Positions 29,595-39,956 of a stretch of 64,000 bases of DNA are shown here, piece by piece. How positions within the stretch are numbered: the first letter of the stretch is position 1; each line of letters opens with the position of its first letter. The notes below the pieces were generated by a model. The model was not told the DNA's origin, searched no databases, and worked only from the letters and a program-made list of their open reading frames with translations. Location: positions 8,532-72,531 of the IMG/VR virus record IMGVR_UViG_3300032289_001431; one strand, given 5' to 3'. The stretch comes from a virus. Both the position numbers and the translations under genes were made by a program.

Positions 29595-29889
29595 GACAAC
29601 TGGATGCTTTAACATAGGCTTTAACTGCCATATAACATCCACATTTTAAACATCTTTCTTGTGCTTTGTTAAAAAATTCACAAGAATTGCATATATTTTT
29701 TCTTTTATTTGCTTCTTGACTATCAACATTAATAGGATTGCCAGCAGCTACACTTTTTACGGTTTTAAATATATCTTGTCCTAAATTTTTTGCCATTTGT
29801 GGTATACTTGGCATACTAGGTTTATTAGAAGATGCTAAATCTTTAATTCTATTTTTTTGAATAGCTTGTTTTATTACGTTTTTATCCAT
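29578..29889 (-). CDS. Small Cys-rich (Zn-binding) phage protein
   Basis: R..ICNSC...RCLKCGC...K......CPIGKW; ATG 29889 directly after upstream stop. Confidence 0.7.
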   Translation of the reverse strand: MDKNVIKQAIQKNRIKDLASSNKPSMPSIPQMAKNLGQDIFKTVKSVAAGNPINVDSQEANKRKNICNSCEFFNKAQERCLKCGCYMAVKAYVKASSCPIGKW

Positions 29890-29890
29890 A

Positions 29891-31540
29891 TTAATAATTA
29901 CTATCTTCTTCAGGCCATAATTCAGAATAACTATCAACTTTATTAGCTACGATTTCGTTTATATATGTTTCTTGTGTAAACAAATGAGTCACATGTGTAA
30001 TTAACCATTGTCCTAAAAATCTATCGTCAAACGGATTTACATCACCAGACGCAGTACGATCAATAAATATAAATTTTCCGGGAGTTCTTATTGTTAATCC
30101 TAAAGTTTGAAAAGAAATAGATTGATTTAAAAATATAGCATCTAAAATCATTTGATGTAAAGGAGCATCATGTAAAGAATAAGGTCCGGTTATAGAAAAT
30201 TCATTTTTAGTCATTTGTCCGGTTGTTTTTGTTTTATTTAAACTTATTAATATTTGTGGTTTTTGATTACCATTGGATTTTTTAAAATTATATAAACCAA
30301 GTTTAGCCAATTCTTTTAATTTCTCAATTACTTTTTTTGCAGTATTATTTTTCTTTTTTAAATTAAAAAACCCAGTATGTTCATCAAAATAACATAATGG
30401 AGAATTTAATATTCTAGCATCGTCTAAAGATACCATAGGAGAATAATTATATTTTGTTATTTTTGAAGCAACTATAGATGTAAAATTTTTAGTTTGTGTT
30501 CCAATTGAAGCATCGGCTCTTGGTATATACGGTGTGCTATTACTGGTATTTCCCGTTGTTTCGGATGAATCGGGAGCTAAACCATCTTCCAAAATTAATC
30601 TTTCCACTTGTTCATCTGTAGATTTTTTAAAATACTCTGACAGTGAAATTAAATGCCATCCTTTATCTTCACTATTTCTACCATAATCAAGTAATACCGG
30701 AAAATCATCTGAAGATTTACAATGTGATAATATATAAAACATATCATCCAAAGCCGTAGAATTTGCACTCGGATGAAATGAAACTTTATTGTTAGAATCA
30801 CCAACATCCCATTGTTGCGTTTTATCAAAATCAATACTAGGCTTATCGATACTTCCATTTTGATCAAATCCAATTTTTATTTTTTCCATCGTATCACCAT
30901 TAGTTGAAACTAAAGTTAATAAATCCTTTAAAGCATCATTGGGATTTATAGCAGCTTGTGAGTCTTTTAAAAATCTTGCTTGCGTTCCTAATCTTTTAGC
31001 CGACATGGTTGCAGATGACCATTCTAAATTTTTTTCTTTTAAAATTTGACATCTTTCGTCAATTAACATATACATCTTTTTCTTGATTTGAACATTTGGT
31101 GTTGGTAAATCTTGCATATCATAAACTACAAAATCATAGTCTAATTCCCAATATTTTTTTTCAAATTTAGCCGAACTACCAGCACTTTTAATGGTTCCGT
31201 CTAAATTCATGTCAACGGGATATATTTTAATATGTATTCTATTTCTACCATCAGTTCTGTCTATATAAGGAGCTTTAACATCTGTATTGTTTGGATCTGA
31301 TGTTATTTTTTGAGCACCTCTTGCAAAAATTTCAAAATCAGAATTAAAAACTATTTCAGCTTTAGTAATCCAAGTAGATAAACCTTCATGAATTTTAAGA
31401 GAATCAACAAAGAAAAAAGGAACATTTAATGGTTTTTGACCTTCAATTTGATTATACAATGATATTTCAATATAATAATATTGATCTCTTACTTGATGAT
31501 AAGTTCCTTTTTGATCTGTGTTGTTCATAGTATCAGCCAT
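29891..31540 (-). CDS. Baseplate hub protein (gp27/GpD-like)
   Basis: LKIHEGL N-terminal motif and C-terminal GLTIRTPGKFI...FLGQWLITHVTHLF typical of hub proteins. Confidence 0.6.
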   Translation of the reverse strand: MADTMNNTDQKGTYHQVRDQYYYIEISLYNQIEGQKPLNVPFFFVDSLKIHEGLSTWITKAEIVFNSDFEIFARGAQKITSDPNNTDVKAPYIDRTDGRNRIHIKIYPVDMNLDGTIKSAGSSAKFEKKYWELDYDFVVYDMQDLPTPNVQIKKKMYMLIDERCQILKEKNLEWSSATMSAKRLGTQARFLKDSQAAINPNDALKDLLTLVSTNGDTMEKIKIGFDQNGSIDKPSIDFDKTQQWDVGDSNNKVSFHPSANSTALDDMFYILSHCKSSDDFPVLLDYGRNSEDKGWHLISLSEYFKKSTDEQVERLILEDGLAPDSSETTGNTSNSTPYIPRADASIGTQTKNFTSIVASKITKYNYSPMVSLDDARILNSPLCYFDEHTGFFNLKKKNNTAKKVIEKLKELAKLGLYNFKKSNGNQKPQILISLNKTKTTGQMTKNEFSITGPYSLHDAPLHQMILDAIFLNQSISFQTLGLTIRTPGKFIFIDRTASGDVNPFDDRFLGQWLITHVTHLFTQETYINEIVANKVDSYSELWPEEDSNY

Positions 31541-31542
31541 AA

Positions 31543-32133
31543 CTAACAAGATGCTTGATTGACATCTTTTAATAATTCAACTTCTAACTGATTAAAAACA
31601 AAAGTAACATTTGAATTAATTTCAGATGGATCTTGATTATTAAAATTTATTTCACTTAAACTGATTGGAAATGCGTTAGAATAAGAAAAAGAAATAATTT
31701 TATTATTATATTCATCAATGCCATAAATTTTAAAATTCGAAGTATAATTAGACATTGGATTAATTAATTTTTCTCCATTATCAACAATGTTATGTGCAGT
31801 TGTTTTAGATGTTTTATAATTATTTAACAAATTAAGCCAATTCCAAATAGCCCAATAGTTTTTATATCCATTATCAATTAAAAATTTTATTTGCAACGGG
31901 TCATATGCTGGTCTTGAAAAAGATGAAGTTTTATAAAATTGTCCACCAAAAGGAACATCCACCGCAGGTACATTGATAGCAGGTACAGGTGAGCCTATTA
32001 TTGATAATTGTAAAGGGTCAATTTTAAAATTATCACTAATAATTCTATCATAATTCTTTTTCAGAGCTAATGGAATATCCAAAACTAAAATGAATTTATC
32101 ACTACGTGATCTATTTAACGGTGTTTGTAACAT
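31543..32133 (-). CDS. Tail tube terminator/completion protein (gp3-like)
   Basis: PLN...KF, PAINVP, YDPLQIKFLID...NYWAIWNW, AFPISLS, VTF.F. Confidence 0.7.
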   Translation of the reverse strand: MLQTPLNRSRSDKFILVLDIPLALKKNYDRIISDNFKIDPLQLSIIGSPVPAINVPAVDVPFGGQFYKTSSFSRPAYDPLQIKFLIDNGYKNYWAIWNWLNLLNNYKTSKTTAHNIVDNGEKLINPMSNYTSNFKIYGIDEYNNKIISFSYSNAFPISLSEINFNNQDPSEINSNVTFVFNQLEVELLKDVNQASC

Positions 32134-32142
32134 AATATTTTA

Positions 32143-34032
32143 TTAAATTAGAATTGCTGGTCGCCATTCTTCTCCATTATATAATTTATCCTTATTATCT
32201 TTATTGTCTTTATCGATTGTTTCTACCATTGGTGGTTCAGGACCAACATTTCCCCAGTTTGAAAGCCAACGTTGAAGCTGTAATGACTCTTGTTCAATTG
32301 TTATCGGTGCTTTCATGTCAAATTTACCCACAAAACTAACATTATTGTTAATAATATTATTAGTTTTTTTAAAATTTGAAACTTGACCGTAAAAAATTGG
32401 ACTTTTTTTAATTAAATCGCTATTATCAACAAGAGGTTTAATTTTTAAAGGTCTACCTTGATCGTCAGTTTCAATAATATTGAAATATTTTGGTGCTATA
32501 GACGGATCTAAAATAAATAAACCCCATATTAAAGATAAAACTCTATCATCCAAATCTTCATCTTTTCTTTTACTAAATGTAAAATTAGGATGTCTAACAA
32601 AATTAGTAAGTTCCAATAAAGTATCCATGTCATATAACGCTAAAGCTTTCAAACTATTAGCCCAATATCTAAAATTCGTAACGCCCCTATAGCGAGTATT
32701 GGTGTGATTGTGAATACCAAATCTTCCTTCTTTGTTGTAATGTTTACTCATACCGTCAAACTGATATGTAACAACTGATTCATAATTGTGCGTGTGACAC
32801 AATACGTCTAATACTTGTTGACCATTATTGTTGTTTTCAACAAGAATGGGTGGTCTACCCCAATCGTTAAGAATGCCCATTAATCTTGTTCCAAAATGAA
32901 AAGGACTCATTTGATTTGTTGAATAAATTGCAACTTGTTTTATATTTGTAAGATCTGAAAAATCTAAAATTTGTGCAACTGTATTGCTTCTTCCTATACC
33001 TTCACTGACATCAACGCCAATAGCATAAAAACTTTCGGGGTTTGGTTCATTAAAAACTTTATAATCACCATTATCCATAACAAGTATGGGGTCTTTGCAT
33101 TGTTCTTTTAATTTTTCTAATAATTCAGGATCAATTGCGGTTTTACCTTTGTCGTGAAATACATTTCCAAACTCTTGATCAAAATCTTCTTTTGATCCAA
33201 TAGCATCTATAGCATCAAGTTTCCAAGCTTCGTCTCTACCGGGAACTTCCCACCAATCAACTCGTTCTAAATGCCATTCGCTATTTGATTCTTGTGCTTG
33301 TTTATAAAGATCATAAAATTTATTATCTACACCATTAGGCGTACTAATAATCACAAGTTGTGATTTCTTAGAAGATGAAATAATAGGAATAGCCGATTTC
33401 CACAATTCTTTCATTAAATCATTAGGACAGTGTGCCATTTCATCTATAATAAGAAGATTACTTGAACTACCACGAGGTCCAGCACTTGATGTTGAACAAA
33501 CCGTAATAGCCGAATCGTTTTCTAATTGAAAACCATCTTTTCTCCACGATTTAACGGATGGTTTCATCCAAATTGGAAGCTGTTCAAATGCCATTTTAAT
33601 ACGAGCAAAAATTTCTTTTGCGGTATCTTCTTTATTTGCAACAATAGTGATCCTCTTATCGTTCTGAAAACATACCATCCACAGCGCATAAATGGTGATT
33701 GTAGTTGTTTTTCCACTTTGACGGCTAGATAAGACAACATTAAATCTATTAGTAGAAAATGCTTTCAAAAGACGTTTTTGATACTTTCTAAGTTCTATTT
33801 TTTGTTTTCCATCATCAAGAGTTGTGATGAAAAAATAATTTTCAGCGAAATGTAATATTTTTTTATTACATGTTTTAATCTCCTCAATCATTTGAGGAGT
33901 CCATTTCATTTGAGCGTTACCTCTTAATAGATTTTCATTGCCTTTAAAGAAATTACCATCTACTAATATGTCTTCTGTTGAAATATTAGATAAATCCAAT
34001 TCATTATTTTCATCTTTTTTCTTCCTTGGCAT
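32143..34032 (-). CDS. gp17: Terminase large subunit
   Basis: LRKYQ, SRQSGKTT, LIIDE, ISTPNG, WWEVPGRD, FDQEF, GVDVSEG, DDRV. Confidence 0.95.
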   Translation of the reverse strand: MPRKKKDENNELDLSNISTEDILVDGNFFKGNENLLRGNAQMKWTPQMIEEIKTCNKKILHFAENYFFITTLDDGKQKIELRKYQKRLLKAFSTNRFNVVLSSRQSGKTTTITIYALWMVCFQNDKRITIVANKEDTAKEIFARIKMAFEQLPIWMKPSVKSWRKDGFQLENDSAITVCSTSSAGPRGSSSNLLIIDEMAHCPNDLMKELWKSAIPIISSSKKSQLVIISTPNGVDNKFYDLYKQAQESNSEWHLERVDWWEVPGRDEAWKLDAIDAIGSKEDFDQEFGNVFHDKGKTAIDPELLEKLKEQCKDPILVMDNGDYKVFNEPNPESFYAIGVDVSEGIGRSNTVAQILDFSDLTNIKQVAIYSTNQMSPFHFGTRLMGILNDWGRPPILVENNNNGQQVLDVLCHTHNYESVVTYQFDGMSKHYNKEGRFGIHNHTNTRYRGVTNFRYWANSLKALALYDMDTLLELTNFVRHPNFTFSKRKDEDLDDRVLSLIWGLFILDPSIAPKYFNIIETDDQGRPLKIKPLVDNSDLIKKSPIFYGQVSNFKKTNNIINNNVSFVGKFDMKAPITIEQESLQLQRWLSNWGNVGPEPPMVETIDKDNKDNKDKLYNGEEWRPAILI

Positions 34033-34040
34033 CTTATTAA

Positions 34041-34050
34041 TAAATACTTA
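34041..34050. promoter_or_regulatory. Overlapping divergent late-type promoter motifs
   Basis: TAAATA on + (34041-46) and TAAGTA on - (34050-45), each 12 nt from an ATG (34059 and 34032). Confidence 0.6.
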
Positions 34051-34058
34051 TGAGAAAA

Positions 34059-34448
34059 ATGAATAAATCGACTCTTAAAACGGATAAAAATAATCTATTA
34101 TTAGGTAAAAAAGATTTAATCTTAAATTATCAAAGTAAATGGTTGATTTATAAATTAAATCTTTTTGATAAAAAGGGATTATGGTTAAAATTTCAAAATA
34201 AATTAAACGAATTGCATGAAAAAAACATGTTAAAAACAATAACAGACGATGATTTATTAGATTTTTCTTTAAAAAATTCACATATTGAATTTGAATTACA
34301 TGCATTTGAAGATATAATGCAAAAACATAATTTATTTAAGATTAATGAAATTATATATTCATATTCAGATGGTAAAAAAACCAAAAACACTAAAAATATA
34401 GCTTATGTTAGGTTTTATTTTGAGTTAGAAGAATTTTTTAACTATTAA
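34059..34448 (+). CDS. Hypothetical protein
   Basis: About 130 aa on the opposite strand between terminase and the gp53-like gene; ATG 34050 is an alternative start. Confidence 0.55.
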   Translation: MNKSTLKTDKNNLLLGKKDLILNYQSKWLIYKLNLFDKKGLWLKFQNKLNELHEKNMLKTITDDDLLDFSLKNSHIEFELHAFEDIMQKHNLFKINEIIYSYSDGKKTKNTKNIAYVRFYFELEEFFNY

Positions 34449-34794
34449 TTTGAGCATTTAATGCTGATATAACAGGCCAGACAAATTCCTTTTTCAATAA
34501 TTTAATTTTAGTTCCCTGTTCCGGTATCAATGTGGGATTTTGAATGTTATTATATTCACATATTAACCACCATAAATTCATTGTACCGTAATATCTGTAT
34601 GATATTAAAACCCAAGTGTCATTTAATTTAACATAATAATCATCTTCTGCTGAACTATCATTAGCAGGTAAAATATTTATCGATCTTAAAAAATTATAAA
34701 AGCGAGTTCCGTTATCATCTTCGTATATATTCAAGAAATTTTCATATCTGTAAATAGATAATTTAGGCAAATCTGTAAAGTCTGATTGTTTCAT
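34438..34794 (-). CDS. Baseplate wedge protein gp53-like (LysM-like)
   Basis: Y.V..NDTWVLISYRYYGTMNLWWLICEYNNI.NP. Confidence 0.8.
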   Translation of the reverse strand: MKQSDFTDLPKLSIYRYENFLNIYEDDNGTRFYNFLRSINILPANDSSAEDDYYVKLNDTWVLISYRYYGTMNLWWLICEYNNIQNPTLIPEQGTKIKLLKKEFVWPVISALNAQINS

Positions 34795-34798
34795 ATTA

Positions 34799-35908
34799 TT
34801 ATGGGTTTCCTGTTGCACGATTTACTATGTCTCCTAGAAAATCACCTGTTGCGTTAGCAGCATTAGTAAGTGTTTCTGCAATTGCACCACCATCAGTAAC
34901 TGAAATTTTAGAACCCCCCATTGTACCAGCAAATACATTTGAACTTTGTGATAACAGATCGGTAAAAGTTATTGATACTCTATATGCTTCAGGCATAATA
35001 ATATTATTTGCACCATATCCATACCAATCACTCATAGCTCTTGTCGTACCAATGCTTTCTATTTTTAACTCACTAACTACTGCTGCTGGCATATAAACAC
35101 CGCCAATGGCATAAGCGTCAACTTCATAAATTTTCGGTGGTATAAATGTCATTAACGATGTTCTTGTTTTTAAATTTTGAAAGGTAAAAAGTTGAACAAA
35201 ACTAAAATGTCTAAATGCTGATTTTAAATCTAATGTATTATATAAAGGAAACGATAATGTTATAGATTGCTGTGAAGTTGACTTATATTCTTTTGTATCT
35301 TCAAATCCAAATCCCGGAGTTAAAGCACCCATTACAGCACCACCCACAGCACCAATTAAAGCAGAACCTGCATTGTTATTTTGACTAGATCCGCTAGATT
35401 GAGCACCAAAACTTTTAGCTAGAGACGAAAGACCCTGTGCATCATCCCAAGTATTACTAATTGTTCTCAATGGTTGTCCGCTGTTTATTAACCAAGGAAA
35501 ATTATATTTAAAACCCGTGGGTTTAGCGGAATATAATTTTAAAAATGTATCTAAATTTTTTGCATTACTAGCACCAACAACAGATCCAGCAGTACTTAAA
35601 ACTGCACCAGTTTGTGTTAATAAATTTGATAATTGCGTTGCCCATGTTCCAAATTGAAGTTCTTTTTCTACACAGAACACAGAAGGAACTTCGTCTTTAT
35701 TTCCCGTGTTAGACCAATACATGTCTTTTGATACATCCACAAGACCACTTCCGGTTTTTTCTAATACCGTGTATGGTGAACTATGAACTCCCAAGAAACT
35801 CATTTCTTTGTCTGTAGCTTTAAAATACTGTGCTGAACCACCAGAACTTCCACCAAAACTACCGTTTACACCACTAGCCCCATCTTGTGTTATAGCATCA
35901 TTTGACAT
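34799..35908 (-). CDS. Baseplate tail-tube cap (gp48-like)
   Basis: Tube-fold pattern SITLSFPLYNT, PPKIYEV, AVVSELKI, PEAYRVSITFTDL. Confidence 0.55.
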   Translation of the reverse strand: MSNDAITQDGASGVNGSFGGSSGGSAQYFKATDKEMSFLGVHSSPYTVLEKTGSGLVDVSKDMYWSNTGNKDEVPSVFCVEKELQFGTWATQLSNLLTQTGAVLSTAGSVVGASNAKNLDTFLKLYSAKPTGFKYNFPWLINSGQPLRTISNTWDDAQGLSSLAKSFGAQSSGSSQNNNAGSALIGAVGGAVMGALTPGFGFEDTKEYKSTSQQSITLSFPLYNTLDLKSAFRHFSFVQLFTFQNLKTRTSLMTFIPPKIYEVDAYAIGGVYMPAAVVSELKIESIGTTRAMSDWYGYGANNIIMPEAYRVSITFTDLLSQSSNVFAGTMGGSKISVTDGGAIAETLTNAANATGDFLGDIVNRATGNP

Positions 35909-35929
35909 ATAAAATACTTATAAAATACG

Positions 35930-38104
35930 TTAAATATAACCCCAATTCCTATTGTTTGAATTATTGGTATATGTCATTCTAGTTTCAAAGTTAACATCTC
36001 TTACTGGTTTAAGAAGATAATCTTTAATTCCCGTATTAGAACTTGGTGATTGTTGTGTTTGATTTATAACAGTAGTGCTTTGTGTGTTATTTTGTTTTTC
36101 AGAGTTTTTCTGTAATGTAGCTGTTAAATTATCCAAACTAGTTATTATTTTTTTGTTATCTTGACTAAGTGCAACGTTTTGAGCGACTACTTGATTTGAA
36201 TTTTCTTCCGGTTTTGGTTCGTATTTTACGGATGGTGCTGGCATTACTGGTCCTACTGGTGTAATGACGGGTGTAATTTTTGGTTCTTTTTCTTTATTAG
36301 GCATCAATGCTTTTGAATATCTTTCATCTAAAACTTTACGTTCTTCTGGTGAAGCTTGTTGATATTTTGGTGAACTTCTCCATATTTCTTGTGGTGTTCT
36401 GTTATCTTCGGGACCCATAGCCTGACCGTCATTATAAGTCTTCATCAAATCTATTGTTTGTTCGCCTAATTTGTGAGTATCTATTTTCTCCGCTACCCAA
36501 TCAACAGCTTCTCCTATTTTACCAACCCAACCCAATGTTGGTATTTTACCAACCCAACCAAGTAGTGTTCCAAAAAAGCTTACAAGTTCAGATATTAAAC
36601 TACCTAAACCACCAAAAAATCCAGCAATAACAGCTGTAGCTTTTTGTATCGGACCCAAAGCATCATCGTTTATAACCGAAAAAAATGTTTTAATCCCTGT
36701 TACAAAACCATCAATTAATTGTATAACTGGTATGGATATAAATCTAGCCAACCATTTTAAAGGCGCAATAAACATCTCTAATACTTTTCCAAGAGGACTA
36801 AAAAATTCAAAAAAACCTTGAATTGGTCCTTTAATTTTTGTTAATTGTTCTCCAAGATTTTTTACAAATTTGCTTACATTTGATAATGGACCTTCTTCTT
36901 TAAACATATTACTAATATTAGTAAACCAACCTGAAACACGAGTTCTAAGATCTGTTATTGTTTGCCATGATGTTTTTAAAGCATTAGACATCCTAGCGTA
37001 CATTCCTTCGGTTTTTACTAAAGATTCACCATAAGCATTTTGTGCTGTTGTTAATTTTGCAAAATTCTTTTCAAACCCCAGTTTTTCAAAAAAACTATTT
37101 TTAAATTTTGAAATTTCATCTAAAACACCGTTTTTAAATTTTGTAATACCTTCTGTTGTCGCTTTAATCGTTTCGTCTATCCATTTATTAATTCCAAGTT
37201 TTTCTCCAATTTTAACAAACGGATCTATTAAAAATCTTTTAAGAGCTACACCAACTTGTTCAAGTTGTTTTCCAATTTTAGTAAAAATTTCACCAATAGT
37301 TATCACCATCCCTTTAACACTTTGATAAATTTTATATAATTTTTCGCCCATCCATACTATATCGGCTAATGCTAAAAGTAATATACTTGCGAGCCAACCG
37401 CTACCGCCGCCTTTAAAAGAATCTTTAATGTTTTTAATAATACTTGCAATTCCTTTATCCATGTTTTCGGTAAACGAACTTAATGATTTATAGATAGGAT
37501 CTAAAAGTGTTCTTAATATTTTTATACCTTCAGGATGGAAACTTACCCTTAATATTTGCTCTCCTATGTTTTTTTGCTCACCCGTATCATTTTGTTTGTT
37601 GATTTTACCAAAAAGATTATTAATATTATTTGGTAAATTTTTAAAAACTTCAGATAATTTAAAAAACATATCATCCTTTTTTCCATTCTCTTCGGTTTTT
37701 TCGTTTATTTTAATCTTTTTAACCCCATCGGGTAATAAATCCAAAATAGGAGATTTTTTTAATTTTTCAACATTCGTTTTTTCGTTTTTATAATTTTCGT
37801 CTTCAAGTTTTTGAAGTTTTTCTTCTCTTTCTTTTATTTCTTTATCTCTTTTTAATTTTTTTTCATAGTCAGCTATTTCTTTATCTTCTATATCTTTGAT
37901 AAAACGTTCTCTAGCTTCACGGAGTTTTCTAGAACGTTGTTCAATCTCAGTTTCACCCTTTAAAGCCGCTTTTTTGAGTTCTATTAAAGCTAAATTTTGT
38001 TTATTAACATAATCTTGTTCTCTTTTATATTTTTCTGCCATCGCTTGAATAGCCGCAAGATCAGCCTCGTTAGGCTGTGTACCCGTAAACGTATTAAATG
38101 ACAT
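35930..38104 (-). CDS. Tape measure-like protein
   Basis: 724 aa with N-terminal coiled coil, long amphipathic helices with hydrophobic segments and a low-complexity Asn/Thr/Gln tail; position after hub-assembly genes. Confidence 0.65.
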   Translation of the reverse strand: MSFNTFTGTQPNEADLAAIQAMAEKYKREQDYVNKQNLALIELKKAALKGETEIEQRSRKLREARERFIKDIEDKEIADYEKKLKRDKEIKEREEKLQKLEDENYKNEKTNVEKLKKSPILDLLPDGVKKIKINEKTEENGKKDDMFFKLSEVFKNLPNNINNLFGKINKQNDTGEQKNIGEQILRVSFHPEGIKILRTLLDPIYKSLSSFTENMDKGIASIIKNIKDSFKGGGSGWLASILLLALADIVWMGEKLYKIYQSVKGMVITIGEIFTKIGKQLEQVGVALKRFLIDPFVKIGEKLGINKWIDETIKATTEGITKFKNGVLDEISKFKNSFFEKLGFEKNFAKLTTAQNAYGESLVKTEGMYARMSNALKTSWQTITDLRTRVSGWFTNISNMFKEEGPLSNVSKFVKNLGEQLTKIKGPIQGFFEFFSPLGKVLEMFIAPLKWLARFISIPVIQLIDGFVTGIKTFFSVINDDALGPIQKATAVIAGFFGGLGSLISELVSFFGTLLGWVGKIPTLGWVGKIGEAVDWVAEKIDTHKLGEQTIDLMKTYNDGQAMGPEDNRTPQEIWRSSPKYQQASPEERKVLDERYSKALMPNKEKEPKITPVITPVGPVMPAPSVKYEPKPEENSNQVVAQNVALSQDNKKIITSLDNLTATLQKNSEKQNNTQSTTVINQTQQSPSSNTGIKDYLLKPVRDVNFETRMTYTNNSNNRNWGYI

Positions 38105-38133
38105 ATATACTACTTATTGTAGTATATATATTT

Positions 38134-38952
38134 TCAGTTTAAAAACAACACACTGTCCACACTGATGGTTTTTACATATTCATCATGTTTAACCGTTAAA
38201 ACTTCATCCAATTTAGACTTCCACTCAGTAATAGTTTCTAATACCTTTTGAACAAGAACACTTGGAAGTTTTTCTATGATTTTTATTCTCTGTTCAAATT
38301 TAAGATCGGTTAAAATTACCTCTTCTTCATTTATCCAAATTTTGTTGATATATTTTGAAAGTTCGCCCAAAAAAGCATTAGTAATTAAAATTTTAACATC
38401 TTCGTTTGATTTAATGTCTTCGGTTTTTTTATTACCTTTAAATTGATTATCATATTCTACTTCAGTTTTAATTGTGGGTGGCATAATTTCAGCTTTTAAA
38501 ACAAATGAACTATTATGTGATTCTAAAACTATGGTTTCGGGTGATTTATAGGATTTAAATTTATTTAAAATATCTTTAACATCATATTTATTGGAAATGT
38601 TTTTTGCATCATCAAAAATTACATTAATTGATTCTGATATTTGTCCTTTTAAAGCTATTGCAATAGAAGTTTTATCTGATAGTGTTAAACTGTCAATTAA
38701 AGCATCATCACCATTAACTATATTAGTTTTTAAAATATTATAAAACGCAGTTATAAAACTTGTATTATATATGGAAGTATCCATAGCAGCATTAAGTAGT
38801 TCTTTTTGTTGTTTTGCGTTTAAACCTTTAAATGTTAAATATTCTCGTTTAGATGGTATCCAAACTTCAATTTTAAATGCATCGGATGCTTTATCTAACG
38901 CACTTAAAGCACTATTAAAATCTAAAAGATTATTTTCTACGTTTTCTTCCAT
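38134..38952 (-). CDS. Baseplate hub assembly protein (gp26-like)
   Basis: VWIPS....F..L..KQQKELL, LT..DK..I...L, IIEKLP. Confidence 0.6.
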   Translation of the reverse strand: MEENVENNLLDFNSALSALDKASDAFKIEVWIPSKREYLTFKGLNAKQQKELLNAAMDTSIYNTSFITAFYNILKTNIVNGDDALIDSLTLSDKTSIAIALKGQISESINVIFDDAKNISNKYDVKDILNKFKSYKSPETIVLESHNSSFVLKAEIMPPTIKTEVEYDNQFKGNKKTEDIKSNEDVKILITNAFLGELSKYINKIWINEEEVILTDLKFEQRIKIIEKLPSVLVQKVLETITEWKSKLDEVLTVKHDEYVKTISVDSVLFLN

Positions 38953-38967
38953 AATATATTATTTAGA

Positions 38968-39948
38968 TTATTCTTGATTAAATTCAAGAGCCAGTTTTTT
39001 GACAGCATCGCTAAACCCACTACCATTATTTGGGTTTTCTAATCCGTCAGATTCTGACTTATCTCTTTTTTTATTGGCATCTTCAATAATAGTCATATAT
39101 ATTTTTCTTTCCATGTGTGAAATTCCCATTACATATTGAGGTGATATGTTATATGAGGCCAAAAAATATATATCTTGAAATATAGATCTTATATCATACG
39201 AAAATAATAATTTTACATGTTCTATAAAACTTAAATTATAAAAATTAAATTTATAATCATCAAAAACAGAAACGTCAAACAAATTTGATTCAAATAATAC
39301 TTTGCAAGAGTTTACAATTTTATCTTGTATTTTATCTTTTAATTTTAATGGTATCTTATCAAATAGTTTTATTTTTTGTTGTTTACTTAATACATTATGT
39401 AATATTTTATTATTATCAATTTTTATATATTCTATAAATTCACACAACGAATCATTAAAAAAATAATATTGATTTTTTGTGGATATATCAGTGGTATTAA
39501 ATGTTGAAATAGAATTTAAAACAGGCCAATTTAATTTTACTTCAATATTTTGTTCCGATAAAAATGAATTATTTTCATCTTCAAAAAAATTAGAATTTTT
39601 ATATAAATTAATTAAATATTTTTTTAAATCTATTTGTATTTTTGTTTTAACTTTAGATTCTTCTTCCGTTTTTAATATAAAATCAATTTTAGACCCAACA
39701 CTGACGGTTCTTAATTTTGTTAAAAACAATACATATTCGATTATATTGATATTTTTAAAAATATCTTTATTTTCCACACAATTTAAAATAACGTTCAATG
39801 CATATTCGCTATATTCAAATAACGAATTTTTATCAGGGGCAAAACTCATATTAGCTTTTGCCAATGCCAATTGTTCTTCTGTGTTTAGTTCTCTAAACTT
39901 TATTTTAGTTTTAGTGTAAGGCAAATCTACACTATAGTTATAATACAT
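38968..39948 (-). CDS. Baseplate hub assembly protein (gp26-like with gp51-like C terminus)
   Basis: Y.VDLP....IKFREL..EE, EY.LFL.KLR..SVG, C-terminal ERKIY..I. Confidence 0.65.
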   Translation of the reverse strand: MYYNYSVDLPYTKTKIKFRELNTEEQLALAKANMSFAPDKNSLFEYSEYALNVILNCVENKDIFKNINIIEYVLFLTKLRTVSVGSKIDFILKTEEESKVKTKIQIDLKKYLINLYKNSNFFEDENNSFLSEQNIEVKLNWPVLNSISTFNTTDISTKNQYYFFNDSLCEFIEYIKIDNNKILHNVLSKQQKIKLFDKIPLKLKDKIQDKIVNSCKVLFESNLFDVSVFDDYKFNFYNLSFIEHVKLLFSYDIRSIFQDIYFLASYNISPQYVMGISHMERKIYMTIIEDANKKRDKSESDGLENPNNGSGFSDAVKKLALEFNQE

Positions 39949-39956
39949 ATATAAAT

